64,000 nt of DNA from the human T2T-CHM13v2.0 reference genome, Homo sapiens. The translations under genes were made by a program, and so were the position numbers. Positions 1 through 14,052 of this stretch are shown here, one piece after another (the first letter of the stretch is position 1; the number at the start of each line of letters is the position of its first letter). Below the pieces are notes generated by a model, which had not been told where the DNA came from, made no database searches, and saw nothing but the letters and a program-made list of their open reading frames with translations. The stretch lies in NCBI RefSeq assembly GCF_009914755.1, contig NC_060926.1; one strand, written 5' to 3'.

Positions 1-92
1 CTGGGAGGCGGAGGTTGCGGTAAGCTGAGATCATGCCATTGCACTCCAGCCTGGGCAACAAGAGTGAAACTCCATTTCAAAAAAAAAAAAAA
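1..92 (+). mobile_element. Alu 3' end (cut by window edge)
   Basis: Right-arm consensus followed by poly(A). Confidence 0.95.
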
Positions 93-107
93 GTAGAGGT
101 GGTTAAG

Positions 108-492
108 TGCTATGATTTGAATGTGCCCCCTAAAGTTCAAGAGTTGAAAACTTGACCCCCAATACAACAGTGTTGAGTGGTGAGGCCTAATGAGAGGTGA
201 TAAGGCCAGGAGGGCTCTCTCCTCATGAATGGATTAATGCCATTATCACAGGAGTGGGTTTATTATCAGAGGAATGGGTTTCTTATAAAAGGATAACTTT
301 GGCCTCCTGTCTCTTTCTCACCCTCTCTTTGCCCTTCCACCATGGAATGATATAATAAAAGACCCTTGCCAGATGCTGGCCCTTTGAACTGTGATTTCCC
401 ATCTTCCAGAACTGTGAACCATTTAATTCCTGTTTATTATAAATTACCCACTCTCAGGCACTCTGTTATAGCAGCACACAAGGACTAAGACA
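108..492 (+). mobile_element. MST-family (MaLR) solo LTR
   Basis: Starts TGCTATGATTTGAATGTG, ends GGACTAAGACA. Confidence 0.85.
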
Positions 493-1039
493 TTAACTTT
501 TGGATTTTAAAGTGTTTCCCTGAAGACAGCATAATGTCAACAAAGCAAGTAATTAAGCTGGGTAGGTGCTGACTGCGAGTGAAGAGAATGCCAAGTTGTT
601 AATGCAGCAAGTCATTAAGCAAAGTGACTACCAAACTCAATAAAGCAAGATTTGCCCTGGATAAGCTAACCTGGGATAAAACAAAGTTGACGGCATTAGA
701 CAAACTTTCACCCAGGGAAAAGGTTAGAAACAAAGGATAACTCAGTCTCAGGGTTGGAGACCTGGAAGTGATGTCAAAAGATCATTGGATCCCTGCCTCA
801 TCTTTAAAGATTTGATTGACTGACTCTTCTGGCCTATATGCCTGGTCCATTCTATTTTTCATAGTTAATTAAAACAGACATATAACTTATTTTTAAAAGT
901 AGTTTACGCCAATGTTCAATGCTTCTAAATTGTTCTTTCTTGTGTCCAGATGAAGGTTCTCTCAAATTTAAAATTATTTTTCTTTGGTGAAACTATCTGC
1001 TTTCTTGAAAAAAATTGCTTATCCGCATTTTCATGAAAG

Positions 1040-1280
1040 GGATTAAGCCAACAGGTTCTGGAGCCAGACTGCCTGGGGTAAGAATGCCAACTCAATCACT
1101 TGGGCCTATGGCTTCTTAACCACTTTCTTAACCTGCCTGAATTTCCTCATTGGTAAAATGGAAATATTATACTACCAGTTAGCTACCTCAGGGTGTTGCT
1201 GTGAGGATTAAATGGGGTAATGCATTTAAAGCTCTTACTTACTACTGATAGGTGATAAGTACTCCATAATGGTAATAATA
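1040..1280 (+). mobile_element. MIR SINE
   Basis: ctggagccagactgcctggg...cctcattggtaaaatgg...gtgaggattaaatg core. Confidence 0.75.
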
Positions 1281-1739
1281 ACAATAATAATTGTTGGGTT
1301 TTTTTGAATGTTCTTTATTCTCCAATCTTACCTTGTATGCCAAATATTTTGCTATATACTATATACATATATATTTTACTATATATATATTTTACTATAT
1401 ATATATATATAGTTATTAAATACTTCCTATATTTGAAGGTAGTAATTGAACCCGTCAGTTGTCTTCTGCTGAGCATTAAAGAACTAAAATTCTCCTTTGA
1501 AAACTTTAGAGTTATCTAATTTTATCCCTGGACAATTGGTCTGAGGTTATTTAACATAGTAGTGGACATCCCTATACACTCAAAAGACTAAGAAATAGGC
1601 TGTATTACAGCATTTAAAAAATAACAAAGACCTTGAATCATGAAAAGAAAGGCTGATGATAGTATATTCAAATTTTTCTGAATTTAAAGAAGACTTCATC
1701 CAAGATATATTTTTTTAAACCAACTCTAAAAGGGAAAAT

Positions 1740-2650
1740 CAGCAATTACTCAAGTCCTGAGAATACAGTAGTGAGAAATAATACATGTATTCCTTGCTTT
1801 CATATTGCTTATAGTGTGGTGGGAGAGGCAGATATTAATCAAATAGACATAAAAAGAGGGCCTAATTAATAAGTGAGACAAATGCTATAAAGAAATGAAG
1901 CATGTTTCTGTATGTGTAAATTCAAAAGAAGAATGACCTCACTAGGTTTCCCTGAGGAAGTGACACTGAACAGAAACCTAAGGATTGACTAAGCAATAAC
2001 CAGGGCCAATGAACAGGGCAGTTAGACATTGGGAGCAGCTGTAGAAGAGAGCTGTTCTGCCTGAAGGGGCTTTTAGGGGGAAAGAGTTTCAGACAAAAAG
2101 AGGATCAGAAAGAAAGGCAGCCTGACTAGGGAGCTGACACCAGGGGAGGAGAACCACTAGGTAAAACCAGAGAAGGAATAAGGCCAATCCCTGCAGGCTT
2201 TTACAGGCCTTGCTAATGATTGTCACTCTTATTCATAGGAAACTTAGAGATTTTAGGCAGGTTGTGTAGAATATGATCTGGCTTGTATTTTGCAAAGGTG
2301 TCTATGACTGCAGTTTGGGGAATGGGCCAGTGAGTTGCTGAAAGAGATCAGTTAGGAGGCAATGGTAAAAGTCTAGGAGAGACGTGCTAGTAACTTGGAC
2401 TAGGATCTTCATAGTAGAGATGAAAAGAAGTAAACGTGTCATAAACATTCATGACAGAACTTAGTGATGGGTAGATAAAGAGGCTGAAGAAGAAGGTGTT
2501 AGAATGACTCCTACATTTCTGATATGAGTAATTAAAAGGATAGTGACCATCTTATTACATGGTAATAAGAGAACACTGTAGCATCCAGAGTTTGAATGCA
2601 AGATTAACAATTTTACTTTGGACATTTTGAGTTTCATATAATTAGAAGAT
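1740..2650 (-). mobile_element. L2 fragment (degenerate)
   Basis: Purine-rich L2 antisense motifs such as cctgaggaagtgacactgaa and ttttactttggacattttgagttt. Confidence 0.6.
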
Positions 2651-3104
2651 TTCTGGTAAGCACAGAATCAAAACAAAAAAAAAAATGATGGAGGTCTTGA
2701 TGGATGTTTCAACCAAACTGTGGTCAACATATTTCTTTAGTGACTGCATTTGTGTTTGTTAGTTTTAGTACCTGTCTTTCTAGAAGAGTTAGAACAAACA
2801 TTGCCAACTTTCTTATAACATAGAGAGTAATAATAGCGCAGGATCTGGGATGTTAGACTGAACACATACATTCGAATCTCTTTCCTTCTGAACCCAGTTG
2901 AGAGAACAATGAAATAATTGTTAACAAAACATAAATGCACAAGGACAAAGGGAATGAGATAGGAGACAACAGCAATAAAACTTTAGAAACTGGGAAGCAG
3001 ACAGACAAGTAGTAACTGAATTAAGACAACCAAAAAAGCTGAATCTTCAGCTTGACGATAACCAACCCAGCTTACATTATAGAACCCCCCAAATTGGATC
3101 ACAT

Positions 3105-3254
3105 AGCTGGGTGTGGTGTTGCATGCTTGTAGTCCCAACTTCTTAGGCGGCTGAGGTGGAAAGATCACTTGAGCTTAGGAGTTCAAGGCTGCAGTGCTTT
3201 TGATCACACCTATGTAGAGCCACTGCATTTCAGCCTGGGCAACATAGAGAGACC
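3105..3254 (+). mobile_element. Alu monomer (FRAM/FLAM-like)
   Basis: Single-arm Alu consensus ending cagcctgggcaacatagagagacc. Confidence 0.8.
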
Positions 3255-4574
3255 TGTTTTTTTTTTTGTTTTGTCTTTTTCTTTTTTTTTTTTTTTTAAA
3301 AAAAGAAGCACAGATATCTTAGGAACTAGGAATGAGGGTGGTGCTTAAACATGGGATTTGGTGAGACCTCTTTGTAAGAAGCTGATGGATACCGAATTCC
3401 CCATTCCTATTCTTTTCAGGTGGGAGACTGCCTCTTCTTTTGGTGCCAAGAACAAATACAGGGACTCTGGACTGGGGTTACCAGGAAAGGATGTAGGCTA
3501 CAATATTGCAGGCTGGGGATTAAGTATGTATTTATAAGTTGTATACTGAAACTTCCTCAATCTTTTTCCTTCACTTAGCTCCCAGAACACCGTTAGCCAG
3601 GCTTATGTTTTCTTAGCAGAAGGCTGGAAATATTGTCTGGGCAATCTTATCAACCTGAAAGAAAAGACACTGACAGTGGCCCAGTATGTTGGCCTATGTC
3701 ACATCATCCTGTAGCAAACCCAATGGAGAGTCCCCTCATGCATACAAAACATCCTCTTTTCAATGCTTCATTCTTAAAATAAAACTAGACAGCTAGGAAT
3801 CACTAGATATTTGAGGAAATCCTATTAACAAAAGATAGAGACCAAACCAAACCAAACAAACAGAAGAAAACAACTTGAAGGAAACAAGCTCTGCCAACAG
3901 AACAATAAGAAAATATATAAAATAACAGGATTATCTATAAAAGGAATATTCAGTGAGCTCAAAAGAAACCTAAATGTTAAAAATATGACATTAAAAATAA
4001 GACGTTTAATGTAAGAGATAAAAGATAAAGAAATCTCCTAGGAAGTAGAACAAAAAGGCTAATAAGGATAATTGAGGAGAAAGGCTGTATGAAAATTAGA
4101 GGATCAGTCCTGATGATCCAACATGTAATAATAGTATTACTAAAAGAAGAGAACAGAGGGTAGGAAATTATCAAAAATTTGTAACATTGAAATCTTACAA
4201 TCTCAGTTTTCAGGTTGAAGGGCTCACCAACTACCAGAATGATGGGGAGAAATTTATGTTCACCTGAGAGTATCATCATAAAACTGTCATTGATATATCC
4301 TCAATACCTAGAATAGTGCCTGGCACATAGTAGTCACTGTGTAAATTTGTACTAAAGAATTTAAACATTCAGCACAAGAGGGACAAAAAGATGAGACTAC
4401 AAACTTCCAGAATAAAACAGGTTTAATATATAAAATGAAGAATCAGAGTGTCATCTGTCTTCTCAATAGCAACACCTAAATCTAAAAGAGCAGTGCTTTC
4501 AAAATTCACAGGAAGAGACTTCTACACCTTGAAAGAGTATTGTGTAGACTGAAGATATTTTCAAATTTATAAGG

Positions 4575-4947
4575 TGTCTTAGTCCATTTTCTATTGCTAT
4601 GAGTAAATACTATAGACTGAGTAATTTATAAAAAATAAAGTTTTATTTAGCTCATGATTCTGGAGGCTGGGAAATACAAAAGCACAGCACTCGTATCTGG
4701 TGAGGGCCTTCTTGCTGCATCACAGCATGACAAGAACATCACATAGCAGTAGGGCAAAAGCATGTCAGCTCAGGTCTCTCTTCCTCTTTTTATAAAGCCA
4801 CCACTCCCATCATGGGGGCTCCATCCTGATGACCTTATCTAACCCTAATTACCACCCAAAGGCCCCACCTCCAAATACCATCAGCATATAAATTTGAAGA
4901 TTAGGTTTCCAACATGTGAATTTGAGGGACACAGTCAAATCATAGCA
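4575..4947 (-). mobile_element. MST-family solo LTR
   Basis: TGTCTTAGTCC...AAATCATAGCA is the reverse complement of MST termini. Confidence 0.85.
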
Positions 4948-5444
4948 TAAAGCCTCAAAACATTTATTTCCTTTGCACTCTTTTTCGAGAAGCTACTGAG
5001 TTATGTTCTTCACTAGGAAACAAGCCGAGAAAGAGGAAGACATAGGAATCAGGAAACAAGATCCAAGACTAGAAATGACCAGGAGAGTCCCCAGGAGTAT
5101 GACGAAGGCAGCCTCCATCAGCTGGGCGGGGTGGGGGAGAAAGTAGTTGCCTCTAGGGCATGAAAAATGGAAGATAGGAACTAGGGATGGTTGTTTTCCA
5201 AGCAAACCTTGTAGAAAAATATTTGATTTTTAATGCTGAAGAGCATCTTATCCAGATAGAAGCAAGTCAGATTTCCTTGAGAAGATGAAGTTGTTAAGTC
5301 CTAATGCATTTGAATATATTAAAAGGAGATTTCTACAATTGAGGTGGAGTTTGAATTAGTAATAAATACAAAGAAAACTAAGTGAAAAGCAATAAGATAA
5401 CTAAGACAATACTTCCAAAAAGTAAGACAAAAGTGGATCCCCTA

Positions 5445-5720
<276 letters not shown>

Positions 5721-6214
5721 GTAGATTGTGTAGGAAAGAAAAAAGGAGGTTGTGTAGAAAAGAAAAGATCACTGTCATCTACAGGTATCAGCTATGAATA
5801 GCATTTGCCTCTTCACAGTAATGTGAACAACACTCACTATTAGATATAATAAAAATCATAGTATGAATATATTGGAAGAATGGGCAGAGAGGCAAGTGCT
5901 CATGGTGGGAGTGGGGAATGAGGGAGAAACACTGCTAATTCCTCACTTTCTAGAGTGAGATAACAATAGAGAATGTCTAAAATGGGAAATCCACAAAGTA
6001 ACAATTCAAGCATATTACCTAGCAAAATTGAGGGAAAGACCTTAAAAATTAGCTGGGTGGGGTGGGGAGTGAAACTAGTTGCCTCTAGGGGGTGAGAAAT
6101 GGAAGGCAGGAGCTAGAGATGGTTGTTTTCAAAACAAACCTTATGGAACTATTTGATTCTTCACATTATATGTGTGTATAACTTTAGCAAAAATAAAGTA
6201 TAATTTAAAAAAAT

Positions 6215-6390
6215 CAGGCTCTGGAAGTATACTGCTGGGGTACAGATACAATTCCTAACACTTACTAGTTTTATGATATTAGATAATTAACTTATTTAAG
6301 GATCAGTTTCCTCCTAGAAAAATGGGAATAATAATGTTAGGGAGATTGAGAGGATTAAATAAAATAAAGTCTGTAAAGCCTTGACCCATT
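6215..6390 (+). mobile_element. MIR
   Basis: tcagtttcctcctagaaaaatggg...gaggattaaat core. Confidence 0.65.
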
Positions 6391-9300
6391 CCTGGTCTAC
6401 ATTTTGGCCTTTTGGGGCTTCCTTTTTGTTTTACTTCTTGCCAATCTGACTGATTTTATTCACTGTCTTTCCCCCGGTTATCAAATTAACATCACATTTC
6501 AGATCAAATCAGCTTCCCAAATGTTATACCCAATTCACTTTCCTTAGAATTCTGTGTGCTCTCAAATATGTTGAAAGATTATACCAATATCTTGCTGAGT
6601 GTCAAAAGCAGATAGACAGGTTCCTATCTGTATGTAGATGATCAATTCTTCCAGAATATATTTGGAGATATATTCACTATGAATTATGAGTAAGCCAATC
6701 CTCACTTTGTTTTTATTGTCTAGATTTGTAAAAGTAAGATGAAAATTTAGTAATATTTGATCAGGAAAAAAGACTTGTTTTAAAAACTGCTCTTCCATCA
6801 TAAATTGACAATTTTATTATTAATTTCTGAAGGTGGCTTTCTCATCTATTTTGTGAACTTTACTAGTTTTAAGAGTCAATGTATTTCCAAGTTTTTGGTG
6901 TCACTTCACTGTTCCTCCGCCAACAAAGCAACATTCACAGCCAGCCTTCCTGGTACATAAATTACTCCAATTTGCCAATACAGAAATTGAGGCCTGCTGG
7001 CTTGTCTGAAAGTCACAAGGAGAAAGTGTCAGGGTTTGGACTCAAGTTCAAGTTTTCTCATTTAAGCTGAGTGTTCTTTCTACCATGTAAGCTAAGTGCC
7101 CATAAGTGAGTGACAATCTCTCTAGTCTCAAATTTTTGATATGAAGGTATGGAGTAGATGATATTTAAACTCCTATCAGTCCTAACATCCCATAAATTAC
7201 TGAGATAGAGGACAAGATTAAACTTGTATTACTATCAATATTTATTCCTTCCATATAGAGACTATGGATTCTACTAAGTGCCAAAAAGTTAATATGATTA
7301 TGAAGTCCAGTTTACTTGCATGTAATTTTTATTCTCTGTCTTATTTGTAAATACCAAGGTTCAAAATGGCTTTGGATTTTATTTTCACTTTTGCAATCAT
7401 TTGGGAATTTTATCAAGGCTGAACAAGAGATTTGGAAATTCATAATGCATTTCCCAAGAAGCTGCAAGATTGTGAAATTCATGGGGCTCTAACCTTTCTG
7501 AGAGAATGGGAGCTGACTGGACAAGACAGCTCATTTCCAGTAATGTTGCTGGGTAATTCTCTGGAAATAAAGGTGAGGCCATAGTAATCACAGCCCAGTT
7601 GTGTGCTTCTGGTTAGAGCCTATATTCAGGGGCTATAGTGGGATACCACACAGCCTTTTTTTTTCTCCCTCAGCCCTGGACATTCACTCAGCAAGGTATA
7701 CTCAGTCATCTAGGAGAGGCCATAAGTGATACAGCCCAAACTAGTGCCCCATGGAAGCAAAGAAGGTACAAAAACCAAATTGCTGCCAATGATAAAGTTT
7801 CAAACTAGATACAGATCAGAGACAGAGTGAGATTGCCTTTTGCCTACCTCTTGGCTAAATTGTGTGTAATTAACTGTGTGACCCACTTCTTCAGGCATTC
7901 CATGCCACTTGCCAACCACTTGCAGCAACTGGGCAGAGATCTTCTTCAGTCTGAGTGGTTTTAGGTCTTGATAAGTGATAACTCATATCTAATGATTAAA
8001 GACCCAGGATCAAAATCTCCAAAAAATAATTTTGAAAAGCAAATGTCTATTAAACTGATCTTAGAGTTGATTATATTTAAAGTGGGATAATCTCAAACAC
8101 CCTTCATAAGTACCTAAATGCAACTTCTGAAGGCTATCTAATGCATTGATTGGAAGTTTCTGATCCTTGAGCATGCCACTACTTAATGAACCATTAGTTA
8201 AATGTTATTATTATCAATACTTTGGAGAATCAAACAAAACCATTCTGGCCTTTGTTTTCCCACATGTTCATATCAGAGATTTATAACTGGAAGATGGGTA
8301 ATAATGGTGATTATATTCCAGATACTACTCTGAGGCCAACTAAACTTTTACTGTGTATCAACCTTGCCTTTAAGTGCCCCCTTTTTAGCAGTACTCTGTC
8401 CCCACCTTCTAACGTATCTGCAGAGCTCTTCCTGTCCTCTCCTCATGAAGATTTTATCCTGGAAAGAATATGACAAAATTTATCAGAACGATGTGTAAAA
8501 GACTGGTCTGTTTACTGTGTTCCCTCTTGCAGGGATATTTTCATTTTAGTCACCCTTAGAAGAAATGAGAGAGTCTGACATCAAGGTTAACTTTGGGTTA
8601 TAGAGTGGAAGAGGAAGGGATGAGCTTCCTGTAGACCCTCGTAATACATCTACAAATGACTGAAATTTAGAATCATGAAAAAGATTTCTAGATTAAATCT
8701 GCAAATGAATCAACTTTAGAATTGTGAAAAAGAATCATGAAAAGAGTGCTTTTAAAGCTGTTAGCAGAGCACATAGTGAATGCTCAATAAATGTTAGTGT
8801 TTTAATTATAATGTTATCATTATGGGTCCCACTACTGAGCTCCTGAGGGCACTGACTGAATGGAGCATTCATTGATAAGTCCCAGGTGATGGTATAATCC
8901 ACATTCAGATCTTGTTCAGAGCACATTGGCTTCTGCCCTGGACTGGTAACTAGAAAAGAATGCATTTAGCTTTCCTGACCCTTGCTAATGGGAGCCAGCT
9001 GGAATACCCTGAGTATTACAATTTTAAGAACTCAGACAGAAAATTTTTACAAAACTTTGGATGTATACAAGTTTCCCTGGAGAGGGCCACAAACCTAGAG
9101 ACTTTGCTGAGTTGTCAAGTTGAATTGAAAGGATCCCAAGGCCAGTGAGTAAGTTGCCATGCTACTAAGCAAGGCCAGGCAACCTCCTGGCATGTCTCAT
9201 CTTCCTGGTATTGTTATCAACTTGTTTCACATTCAGTCAATGGTATTATTTTGTTATGTGTCCTCCAATTGCTAGTTCTGGTAATCCAAGTAAAGCTCTA

Positions 9301-11611
9301 AGAAAGTGATTGTTCTTAGTGAGACAATAGAGTTTTAGTGTAAATTAGTGTGTGAAATATATAATATGAAGTTGGTTTTGATCTGTGACTTGAATGAGTC
9401 TTTTATATTAAACAAACAAAGATTAGTGCAAGTTATTTTGTGAGTATTCTCACCCAGTGCAAAACTTGTTCTTGGAGTGAAAATAAAATTTTGGTGAGAG
9501 ATGGAAAGGCAATAGTTTGTTCTATAGATATCCTCCTGGGAACGTGGGTAAAATGACATATGTCTCAGCTTATACATTGCAGCACTTTTTAGAGTTTATA
9601 ATATCAAAAAATTGGAAATAACTCAAATGTTCATTAATGGGGGATTAATTGGATAAATTACAGTAAATCCATCAATGGAATAACATGAAGAAATAAAACA
9701 GAATGAGCAAGCTCTCTCAATATCACTATGGAAAGAGCAATAAGATATAAAGACAGAAAGCAAGGTGAAGAAGAGCATTGTAAAAAGAAGTGGATGAAAG
9801 AATATATACATATGTACACATTTGCACAAATTATCTCTGGAAGAATGCACAAGAAAATGGTAACTTGGTGGTAGAGAGGAATGGAAATTACTAGGGAACA
9901 CAGGTAGTACAGGGAAATCTCACTATATATACTTGGGTCTTTTGAATTTTTAATCTTGTGAATGCATTTTATTCTCTAAAAAATGAGATTAATTTTTTTA
10001 AAGAAAAGGAAGTAATCTGTGGGGTTTAAATTTATGCATAGGAAACAACATGTCTATCAATAGAATGGAAAGAAAACCAAGAAATCATATAAAATTTTTC
10101 TGTTTTTCTGAATCTTGGAAATTTTTAAAGTTTCTAGAAATACCCTCTAGAAATGTCAAACAATTATTGTGTCATGAACATCTCTGGCTATTCATGATTA
10201 GTTATATTTGTGAGTGTCCTATTGGAGAATAATAAGGAAAAGCTGATTGCTTAATTAGGATTCTTTTCCCCATAGTATATCTTAGTAGATCCCTCATCAG
10301 AAAATCATGGTAGTGAATATGGTGATTGACTTGTCAACATCCATTAAACTTCACCCTTAAGGTTAGCTGGCATATAGTTGGGTTGCTAGTGGTTGGCCTG
10401 GATTAATTAAGTCAATCACAGCAATTCCATTTTCCTTGCCAATGTTTACTTGGTTCAGGAATGGGTAAACTAAACCAACCTAGAAAGGACATTAAATAAA
10501 AACTAAGGGAATCCTTTAGTTAATAATGTATTGGTTCATTAGTTATAACAAATGTTTCATACTAATGTAGGATACTAATAGGAGGGGCAACTGAATGAGG
10601 AGTATATTGAGAACTCTGTATTCTCTTTCATTTTTTCTGTAAATTTAAAGCTGTCCTAAATAAAAATTTATATAAAAAGAGACTAAAACCAGAAGTGTTA
10701 ATTGTCACCAATTTCTCTATATTTTCAAATTAAGAAGAAATTCTTTACTTTTTAAAGATTATTCAGTTTAAAAATTTTTTCCCTCTTTATAATTAAACTA
10801 TTTCCAGCTTCGTTCTTTGTTTTAATTTTTTTGCTAGTCATCCAAAATTACTTCTTCCATGTTACCTTGAAAATTAGACTATTGGTTCATAGGGCCAATC
10901 TAATTAACTTAAACTATCTATCTTCTATTCCAAAATTTTTTGTGAATTATTCACAATTTTAGTTCAGAGTCTCATGTTTTCCATCCTATTATTCTATCAT
11001 GGTATAAAAACAAATAAGAAACACAGTGCAAATACAATTGATGAAAAGCATATAAACCTTTTTCATCAATTAAGTTTATGTATTCTTTGAACTAATTTAA
11101 TGCAGGAAACATACTGATAAAATGATGTAGACTGAGAAGGTGGTTAACTTTCTTAACTTGGATATTCTTCATTTATCTGTCTTTTTGGGTCAATAAGAAT
11201 CCTAATCTTTGATTCTGGCAAAGTTCAGAAACTCATTTTTACCAGTTTTTTTTTAGATATGATCAGATCTACTTAAGAGCTTCATACCAATTATAAATTC
11301 ATTGTGTGGTGATTTTAAATCCAGCATATTAAACTGTTAACTTACAATTTGGCCATATTTTCACAGCAACTGTTATCGGTTTTTCTTCATAGTTGTTCTC
11401 AGTTATTATGGTACTTAGAAAATGGTATTTGTGATGAGATTCCTTGACGGATAATAGGTCAGGGCAAGGGGAATTTACTCACTTGAGTAAATGGGGCAGG
11501 GTCAGCAGATCCCCTTGCACTTATACAAGGTAGGCTTTCCAGTATCTGCTAGACATTGAATCTCTCTTCCTGGGACAACACTAGATACTGATTGACAAAA
11601 GTTCTCTTCCA

Positions 11612-11776
11612 GAGGTCAGATCAGCATGCTTTTTCTGCAAAGGGTCAAATAGTAAATATTTTGAATTCTGTGGATCATGTGGTTTCTCTCACAACTACTC
11701 AACTCTGCCCTCGTAGACTGGAAGCAGCCTTAGGTTATTTGGCAAGCAAGTTTGGGGCTATAATTTGCTGATCCCT
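11612..11776. mobile_element. MER58A hAT-Charlie MITE
   Basis: tttttctgcaaagggtcaaatagtaaatattt...ggctataatttgctgatccctg. Confidence 0.75.
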
Positions 11777-11909
11777 GTTTAAATCTTTTTTTTTTTTTTT
11801 TAAATTTTAATCTTCAAGCAGATCACTCCATTTTAGGGATGAATTCCAGGATAGCTTACATTTAGTTAGAACTGTTTGTAGCTAGTGATGTGATCACATG
11901 GTCTTTTAT

Positions 11910-12130
11910 ATCAAGTGGTAGAGGCACAGACTTTGGAGCTGGAGAAACATGGTTGGAATTTCAGCTCTCCTCAGCAATAGGTGTGCAGCCTGGAGCTTCC
12001 TTCTCCAAGCTTCCTTTTCTCATCTGTGGAATGTGGATGATGACCTCTATGATAGAAGGGTGCTGTGATGATTAAATGAGAGCGTATGTTAAGAGCCTGG
12101 CACAAAGAAAATGTTCAAAAAATATTGGTT
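11910..12130 (+). mobile_element. MIR
   Basis: tctcatctgtggaatg...gatgattaaatgag...cctggcaca core. Confidence 0.75.
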
Positions 12131-13099
12131 TCCTTCTCTAACTCTGCAACAACATTCTCTCTACACACATGTGAGAACTGGCCAACACCTCAACCTCATC
12201 AACACACATTTGCAAGCCCTCTCTCAGATGGCTGACCTAGGAAATTCAAAATTAATTCAAATGAGCTTGAATTTCACGGTCCTATTTTTAAAAATCTCTT
12301 TTCAGTTTTGGGGAATCCATTTTGTGTAGTTCAGTTCTTGCAACCTCTTGCATGTTGAAAACAATAGCCACCACAACCACAATATGTGATGAAAGCATTT
12401 AACCAAAGGCCTTGATTCTGATAACTCTCAGGGAGATAAAGGAAACCTATACACTATCAGATTTTAAAGGGTCACTACTCAAAAGAAATCACATGGAAAT
12501 AGTAACAAATTTAGATTTTATTTGATGTTTGCCATGACCATGTCTAAGCTTTTAGAATTGGTTTTATTATAAAATTGCTTGGGGAATTCACTTTCAGTGT
12601 CATAGTAGTGGGTTGTGAAATCAATATTACTTGAAATATTTCCCCTTTGAAAAGTTTAACTTAAAAATATGCATACACATGTAAGCCACTAGAGGTAGAA
12701 AGTACTTTCACAGCAGGAGAATAATTGTGTGTGTTTACTTACTTGTATAAACATACTTAGACACTATAGAGTTAAATATATTTAGCATCAGACTTTTTAA
12801 GTTGGGGGATATTTAAGTTCTGCCATAATTTTTAAGAAAATAATTTGCTTCCTCACTAGGGAAATTGTTATAATCAATGCTAACACAGCTATTTAACATG
12901 AGTAAAGTAACGGTATCTTCAAAGAACTAGGGTGTACAAAAGCAATATAATTTGGAGAAATAAAAAGTACCCCAATAGATGAGAGATATTATTGTCTCAA
13001 GCATGAGAATTGAAAATTGGGTGTCTTGGTCATGGAGCCTTGTCCTTGATTCCTGGTGTCATAACTCTTCAATATGTGATTCATTGGATTTGTTTCTTG

Positions 13100-13570
13100 G
13101 TTCGTTCATCCATTCATTTCCTTGATGCACATTTAGTAAAGACTTACCACTTGTGAAGCACTATGCTAAGTGCTAGGAACATAATTTATTCTGAGACAGA
13201 CACATAAATTGTCAATTACAATATGTTTTATATGTGCTACTATAGAAATATGTACCAAGAACTGAGAGTAGTCCAGAAATAAAGATTCATTCTAAAGGGG
13301 CTAGACAAGACTGTATGGGGAAGAAATGGTCAGAGAGGCTTCATCGAGAATGCAAATGACTCGAGCTGGGTAAAGAAGCTCTTCAGAGTTTTTTGAGAAT
13401 GACAAGGCCAAGAATTCTAAACAGGGTAAACTACATGATCAAAATCAAAGAAGCATAGAAGTGCACTTTGAATGTACTTGTGAGTAGTTTGATGTAGCTG
13501 GAGCAGGGGCTTTATGGAGTGGGGTGAGGGGAGGTTTTATGCCATACTATAAATCTTGGTCCTTTATCCA
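13100..13570 (-). mobile_element. L2 3' fragment
   Basis: ttcatccattcattt...gcactatgctaagtgctagg is the antisense L2 3' end. Confidence 0.6.
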
Positions 13571-14052
13571 GTTGGCCAGTGATCCTTTGGCTACAATTCT
13601 AGTTTTTCTCTATAACATCTATATTTCAATGGCTAAAACCCTAGGTGTATTAGTGAAGTGTTTTTAGGTTTCAAGGAGCACAAATATGCCTCTGACTTTC
13701 GGTGATTTCAACTTATTCTAAGGATATGAGTACATTAGGAAGCAAGTATAGGAAACATTTTAATGGAATAATCAGGCCTCATGTGAAGCTGAAGCATTGT
13801 TCATTGATCTCCAGAATCATATATTAATAGCAACTCTGATATCCTAACAGCAATAATAGGGGTTGTTGTCCCACTGACTTCTCTCCTTGCTTCTTCCTCC
13901 TTCTGTTACTATTGTACTCTCTCTGTCTCAGTTTATCTGGTTCATGGTTTCTATTTACTCATTGCATCTACTAACTTATGAGCCTGGTTAGTCTCTGCTT
14001 AGTTTCCTGATTCCTACTCCACTTTGCTTTGTGCCTCCCTCCCTGTGTACTT

